A DNA stretch of 43,558 bases, taken from the NCBI GenBank assembly GCA_018646105.1, contig JABGVJ010000020.1, positions 1 to 43,558 of the forward strand, read 5' to 3'. Shown in pieces: positions 43,496 through 43,558 of this stretch. How positions within the stretch are numbered: position 1 is the first letter of the stretch; every line of letters starts with the position of its first letter. The position numbers and the translations under genes were made by a program. Source of the stretch: a bacterium. Its GTDB lineage: Bacteria; Margulisbacteria; Marinamargulisbacteria; JABGVJ01. A model generated the notes under the pieces. It made no database searches, was not told where the DNA came from, and worked only from the letters and a program-made list of their open reading frames with translations.

Positions 43496-43558
43496 ATTTT
43501 TAACCTTTCTTTGTTTTTTTATTTTTAATTTTATTTTCAAGCCAATCTATCCAGGCAG

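Overview
AT-rich bacterial chromosomal window from a diderm organism (LpxC, TolC), probably an anaerobe or facultative anaerobe. The gene content would fit a poorly sampled lineage such as Candidatus Margulisbacteria, but that cannot be established from this sequence. 1-18 kb is mostly housekeeping: partial comEC, M50 protease, xerD, NUDIX, cysS, murL-like epimerase, tadA, efp, pth, ArsR regulator, lpxC, SplB-like radical SAM, AMP nucleosidase, AmmeMemoRadiSam B-A fusion, RNase HI, alr, followed by hydG. 19.5-26.6 kb is an island of orphan genes: three diverged ~245-aa paralogs with a YopT/C58-like Cys-His-Asp/Asn layout, a Hanks-type kinase, an AAA14/DUF4143 ATPase and two effector-like proteins. 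The plus-strand units share a 26-bp palindromic sigma70 promoter/operator, the minus-strand genes share sigma28-like promoters, and most of the orphans share an N-terminal K-hydrophobic-hydrophobic-[AS]-hydrophobic motif. 26.6-37.4 kb holds an ActP/DUF4212/DUF294 cluster, a type I secretion system, a purine nucleoside phosphorylase and a ferritin-like gene. 37.8-43.5 kb is a group 3b [NiFe]-hydrogenase operon whose last gene fuses the [NiFe] chaperone HypC to an [FeFe]-maturase HydE-like radical SAM domain. With the stand-alone hydG, this suggests a hybrid maturation route and is the top candidate for an undescribed system. About 13 copies of a GC-rich REP-like hairpin are scattered through the intergenic DNA. 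No rRNA, tRNA, CRISPR array or transposase was recognised.
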